The notes below the pieces were generated by a model. It was given only the letters and a program-made list of their open reading frames with translations. It was not told the origin of the DNA and made no database searches. Below are positions 60,273 to 64,000 of a stretch of DNA of 64,000 nt, one piece after another (within the stretch, counting starts at the first letter, position 1; each line of letters begins with the position of its first letter). The DNA comes from Minisyncoccota bacterium (GTDB lineage Bacteria; Patescibacteriota; Minisyncoccia; Phycocordibacterales; Phycocordibacteraceae): the NCBI GenBank assembly GCA_022842945.1, contig JALHOO010000002.1, positions 25,030 through 89,029 of the forward strand, in the 5' to 3' direction. The translations under genes and the position numbers were made by a program.

Positions 60273-60905
60273 CTACACTTTCTCAAAGTGCTGATAATCC
60301 TTGTAGTTCTCCCTATCACCCAACCATGTCCACCCTCGCTCCTTGAAGAGGGTGACGTTATCGCTATCCGCAAAGAGCGTACCGGGTACTGAAGAATCAT
60401 GTACAGCATGTGGCGGATAAGTATTCCCATTCCGTGCGTGATACGGGTTCTGCAGTGGATTTATATCTATTGCTCTGCCTAACGAATGGTTAGATAGGAC
60501 ATCAGAGTCAACAATGCACCGGTAGTTAAAGGCGGAGGTGTTGTTGTGAGCCATAGAAGCTTCGTCATCCCAGTTATACGCTGCCACGGGAACCATCTTA
60601 TGTATCGGGAACTTCCGTATATAGAGCTCCTCGAACAAAAGACCTACTTCTTTAGCAAGATTGGTATGGATAACGAGCTGTCCCATGCACTTCTCTCCGT
60701 CAAAAGAAACATAGGGCACATCAATAAGCGCGAGCATACCGCGTATCTCAGACGGGATACTGAGTCCGCTAAGCGCTTCATCAAGGGAGGAGAATACCGT
60801 TTCCATATAGATGCTCAATAGATCGAGATAACTATACAGACAAGAAACCAATTTCCTATAAAAAGTTTGGACCCGGTCGCTCATGGCGATCGGGTCCAAA
60901 GTCAT
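60273..60905 (-). CDS. Peptidase M15 family (LAS metallopeptidase; VanX/CwlK-like D-Ala-D-Ala or L-Ala-D-Glu peptidase), no signal peptide
   Basis: Motifs SNHSLGRAIDI and DYQHFE. Confidence 0.65.
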   Translation of the reverse strand: MTLDPIAMSDRVQTFYRKLVSCLYSYLDLLSIYMETVFSSLDEALSGLSIPSEIRGMLALIDVPYVSFDGEKCMGQLVIHTNLAKEVGLLFEELYIRKFPIHKMVPVAAYNWDDEASMAHNNTSAFNYRCIVDSDVLSNHSLGRAIDINPLQNPYHARNGNTYPPHAVHDSSVPGTLFADSDNVTLFKERGWTWLGDRENYKDYQHFEKV

Positions 60906-61762
60906 GTAGGGCGATAGTCGTGCAATCGTCGTACGATGGTTATCTGGCCGTTTCCGTTTCTCTGCTGGTCGAAGATAACCTGCGCCAACGGCTGAACGAT
61001 AGCCCTGCCGTAAGGTTCAGCGACGGTAACGTTGAAGCAGTTCTTACTGTCCACCATAACCACCACGTGGCGTCCTTTGAGTTCCGTCCAGAACAGCAGG
61101 TCGCCTCGGCGAAGGTCCGAGTAGTCAACGGCAACCGTTACCGGTTTCCCCAACATCTTCGACTGCGGCATGGAATCGCGCGGACACGGGATACCTGCGG
61201 CGATACAGGCAGATTGAACAGCTGAAGAACAGTCGAACAGACTGCTTCTCCATCCCCAGCCGTACTCGACGCCCTGTTCTGCATCTCCAAGCTTTAGAAG
61301 TTCAGATACGAAGTCAGGAGCCTTGTATCCGATCGGCACGAGCCGGCGCGCAAACACCCACCCCAAACCATGTACTTCGCACATGGGTCCTTCAGGGGTT
61401 TTAACCGTCCGAACTACCGTTACAAGAGAGTTGAGGTAGAGCGTACCGGTGATGCGCTTCTTGAAGTCCGATTGATTGTAGATCCCCGCGGTACGTTCAC
61501 TGACTCGATGTGTCGCGGCTTCTGACAGGCCTTGTATAACATCGCTCGTCTTCATGTACCCGCTGTACTCATCGAGATCCGTAACGACCTGTAGCCAATC
61601 TTGACTGGTCTTCACGATGGCAAGGGACTCTCCGAAGAGCGCCTGCGTCTCAAGCGCCGAATCGATTGAAGGGTCGCGGTAGATGCCAGTGAAGCTGACA
61701 CCGACCCGACCTCTTATCTGTGTAGGTGTCTTGAACATGGCGTGTTCCTTCTTTGTGACCAC
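60902..61762 (-). CDS. NlpC/P60 cysteine peptidase with N-terminal SH3b-like domain (YkfC-like gamma-D-Glu-L-diamino-acid endopeptidase), cytoplasmic
   Basis: YGWGWRSSLFDCSSAVQ catalytic Cys and GDLLFW...GRHVVVMVD His region. No signal peptide. 4-nt overlap with the M15 gene. Confidence 0.7.
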   Translation of the reverse strand: MVTKKEHAMFKTPTQIRGRVGVSFTGIYRDPSIDSALETQALFGESLAIVKTSQDWLQVVTDLDEYSGYMKTSDVIQGLSEAATHRVSERTAGIYNQSDFKKRITGTLYLNSLVTVVRTVKTPEGPMCEVHGLGWVFARRLVPIGYKAPDFVSELLKLGDAEQGVEYGWGWRSSLFDCSSAVQSACIAAGIPCPRDSMPQSKMLGKPVTVAVDYSDLRRGDLLFWTELKGRHVVVMVDSKNCFNVTVAEPYGRAIVQPLAQVIFDQQRNGNGQITIVRRLHDYRPT

Positions 61763-61816
61763 AATACGACATTACGTCGTTCCGCTATTGAGCCTACACC
61801 TCTACCTAAAAGAAGA

Positions 61817-61839
61817 AAAGCCCGCATCTGCGGGCTTTC
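61817..61839 (-). terminator. Intrinsic terminator after rpsG (AAAGCCCGC-ATCT-GCGGGCTTT + UUUUCUUCUUUU)
   Basis: Seen in sequence. Confidence 0.75.
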
Positions 61840-61855
61840 TCTCTACAAAACGTGC

Positions 61856-62320
61856 TTACCAAGCGAAGTGTGCGAAGGCCTTGTTCGCGTCTGCCATGCG
61901 GTGCATGTCGTCCTTCTTCTTGATAGCCGAACCTTCGTTCTTTGCGGCCATGAGGATCTCGGATGCGAGACGCTCTGCCATTGGCTTGCCCTTCTGAGCG
62001 CGCGCAGCATTGATGAGCCAGCGGTACGCGAGTGCGATGCGGCGCTGCTGCGGAACCTCGCGAGGAACCTGGTAGTTAGCACCTCCCACACGGCGAGAGC
62101 GGACCTCCATGAGTGGAGCCACGTTGCGGATAGCAGTCTCGAAGGTCTCGAGCGGGTCGAGTTCCTGTGCCTTGATCAAATCAAGTGCGCCGTATACGAG
62201 CTTGCGGGCGGTGTCCTTCTTTCCGTCCCACATAACAGTGTTAATGAAACGAGAGATAGCCTCCGAGTTGTATACGAGGTCAGGGCGGCGAGGGTACTTG
62301 TTCTTTAGGGGATGTCGCAT
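61856..62320 (-). CDS. rpsG: 30S ribosomal protein S7
   Basis: 154 aa. Confidence 0.9.
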   Translation of the reverse strand: MRHPLKNKYPRRPDLVYNSEAISRFINTVMWDGKKDTARKLVYGALDLIKAQELDPLETFETAIRNVAPLMEVRSRRVGGANYQVPREVPQQRRIALAYRWLINAARAQKGKPMAERLASEILMAAKNEGSAIKKKDDMHRMADANKAFAHFAW

Positions 62321-62337
62321 GGTATCTGTACGTAAAA

Positions 62338-62748
62338 CTACGCCTTAGGCTTCTTAGCACCGTACTTCGAGCGTCCACGGCGGCGCTTATCAAGGCCAGC
62401 GGTGTCGAGGCGTCCACGAACGATGGTGTACTGCACACCGATGTCCTTCACGCGTCCACCACGGAGCATAACCACGGAGTGCTCCTGGAGGTTGTGTCCC
62501 TCTCCTGGGATGTAGGCGGTTACCTCCATCTGGTTGGTGAGCTTCACACGAGCGATCTTACGAATAGCCGAGTTCGGCTTGCGGGGAGTCTTAGTTGTTA
62601 CTTTCACACACACGCCACGCTTGAACGGCGCCGGGTAGAACGTAGGGCGGTTCTTAAGCGTGTTGAACCCACGTCCAAGAGCCACGACCTTGGTCTTGCG
62701 ACTGGTGGTCTTGCGGGCCTTCTTTGTGAGCTGGTTGATAGTCGACAT
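62338..62748 (-). CDS. rpsL: 30S ribosomal protein S12
   Basis: PNSAIRK motif region. 136 aa. Confidence 0.9.
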   Translation of the reverse strand: MSTINQLTKKARKTTSRKTKVVALGRGFNTLKNRPTFYPAPFKRGVCVKVTTKTPRKPNSAIRKIARVKLTNQMEVTAYIPGEGHNLQEHSVVMLRGGRVKDIGVQYTIVRGRLDTAGLDKRRRGRSKYGAKKPKA

Positions 62749-62762
62749 GTGTGAAGTAAAAA

Positions 62763-62783
62763 CTCCCCGGGGGAGTCAAAAGC
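62763..62783 (-). promoter_or_regulatory. Terminator-like hairpin ACTCCCC-G-GGGGAGT + UUUUU located 15 nt upstream of the rpsL start codon (leader attenuator candidate)
   Basis: Palindrome and U-run seen on the minus-strand RNA. No upstream minus-strand gene in the window for it to terminate. Confidence 0.35.
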
Positions 62784-62887
62784 ACTATATAAGAGAGCCC
62801 TTATAAATGCAAACCAGCAGGCAGACTTTATCGTTCTCCTTCCTTTTCTAGAGGTTTTTCCTATCCTTTGGTGCGTATGGTACGAGC

Positions 62888-64000
62888 ATGCCAAAAACCA
62901 TAGCCTTTCTTTTGTCTTTTACGCTCGCAGGCCTGCTTCCAGTCCCCCTACAGGCCGATTTCGTCCCTGAAGCGCCTATATACGCCACATTTGAGAATCA
63001 GCAGAACCTGCTCCTATATATAGGTACAGATGCAGGACCGCTCGCCACCTCAAGCATTGCCAGCAGGACCCCATTACATCTTTCCTACACGCTCGAATAC
63101 GGACCTAATCTGTTCACGCATCCAGATTACACAGAGACAATGAAAGAAGCGTATTTTCTCGCCATGCTCGAGGACTACGAAACCTACCTTGAGATCTGGA
63201 GCGGCGAACCTTTTACGTCTAGCGCGTCTGTTCTACAGACTATTCCTCTCCCCTCCACTCCCTCAGGTTCTACTACCCTAGACCCACTTAGTCCCGGAAC
63301 ATACTTCCTTGTGCTGTACCAGACAAATAACCTAAGGAATAAGACGCTGTACTGCGAACGAAATGACATATCTCCTGAGGGATGCGCCGAGGAGGATCGT
63401 TTCCCTGAATATCCTCTTTCTGAGACACGGGCATACTTTGCACGCTCCCTAGACTCTGAGGAGCCGTTCTCAAACGCGTTCCCCAGCACCTACGCAGGCA
63501 CCCGACTTACCGTACCGGCGCCCCAAGGGGCTTCTAATGTTCTTTTTCTACCAGGCATCAAGGGGAGCCGACTATACGACAGCGAGGGAAAGAAAGTATG
63601 GGAGCCCTTTGGCAATCACGATATCGAGTCGCTCATGCTTTCGCCGCTTGGAAAGAGTGTTTCTGACGGCATACATACAACTCCTAATGGCATTATCGAC
63701 ACCGTTGCGCTATTCACGGACATCTACGGGTCCTTTAGTCGAGTAATGGACGAATTGGTTACGGACGACATTATCTCCGCCTGGCGCGCGCTTCCCTATG
63801 ACTGGCGCCTTTCTCTTCCGGATATCGTACAGGGAGGCACCTATGTAGACGAACGTCTTTCCTATATAGGTGCGTCTACTCTGCCGGCAATACGCACAAA
63901 TCTCGAGGAGCTCGCTCGCTCCTCAAAAAGCGGAAAGGTCACTATCGTCGCACACAGCAATGGCGGACTCGTTGCGAAGGAACTCATGCGCACACTCGGA
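62888..64000 (+). CDS. Secreted alpha/beta-hydrolase, lipase/esterase (PGAP1/LCAT-like lipase class 2) with N-terminal domain; ORF continues past the window end
   Basis: Manual translation with no stop through 64000. Signal peptide MPKTIAFLLSFTLAGLLPVPLQA. Motifs LFLPGIKGSRLY and nucleophile elbow VAHSNGG. Confidence 0.55.
   Translation, partial: MPKTIAFLLSFTLAGLLPVPLQADFVPEAPIYATFENQQNLLLYIGTDAGPLATSSIASRTPLHLSYTLEYGPNLFTHPDYTETMKEAYFLAMLEDYETYLEIWSGEPFTSSASVLQTIPLPSTPSGSTTLDPLSPGTYFLVLYQTNNLRNKTLYCERNDISPEGCAEEDRFPEYPLSETRAYFARSLDSEEPFSNAFPSTYAGTRLTVPAPQGASNVLFLPGIKGSRLYDSEGKKVWEPFGNHDIESLMLSPLGKSVSDGIHTTPNGIIDTVALFTDIYGSFSRVMDELVTDDIISAWRALPYDWRLSLPDIVQGGTYVDERLSYIGASTLPAIRTNLEELARSSKSGKVTIVAHSNGGLVAKELMRTLG

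Overview
This 64-kb window is strongly biased to minus-strand coding and has moderate GC. Gene content points to a Candidate-Phyla-Radiation (Patescibacteria/Parcubacteria-like) bacterium: the ribosomal-protein cluster has no L30 gene between rpsE and rplO, there is a monoderm-type type-IV pilus/competence locus without a secretin, and most genes lack Shine-Dalgarno sequences. Reading from the start of the window: (1) a sulfide/persulfide-response module (ArsR/BigR-YgaV-like repressor, YgaP-like membrane rhodanese, ETHE1/Blh-like MBL-fold dioxygenase) with a perfect 12-bp inverted-repeat operator over the repressor start. (2) A tRNA-like 3' module with no recognisable 5' half. (3) gatCA-ligA. 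(4) A large type-IV pilus block: four pseudopilins, pilD, pilA, pilC, pilT, a CheY-like response regulator, pilB, pilO, pilN, pilM, with comFC divergent. (5) tRNA-Ser(GCU), NUDIX, malic enzyme, a cell-wall amidase, recG, a tRNA whose anticodon hand-folds to UAU, ftsH, and smpB followed by a complete tmRNA. (6) A second pilin paralog, transporters, infC (AUU start with a textbook sigma-70 promoter)-rpmI-rplT, an RNA-processing beta-CASP MBL enzyme, and ndk. (7) The str/S10/spc ribosomal-protein superoperon (rpsL to secY-gmk-adk-map). That superoperon is unusually fragmented. At least five non-ribosomal insertions each carry their own intrinsic terminators: cytoplasmic NlpC/P60+M15 peptidoglycan-peptide peptidases with a KGG stress protein between rpsG and fusA; a secreted protein plus a 640-bp noncoding block between fusA and tuf; a 91-aa ORF between rpsJ and rplC; a 3-gene block between rplB and rpsS; and a MIF/tautomerase-like gene between rplE and rpsN. 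No CRISPR array, transposase or integrase was seen. Antisense shadow ORFs inside tuf, fusA, ftsH and others were rejected.
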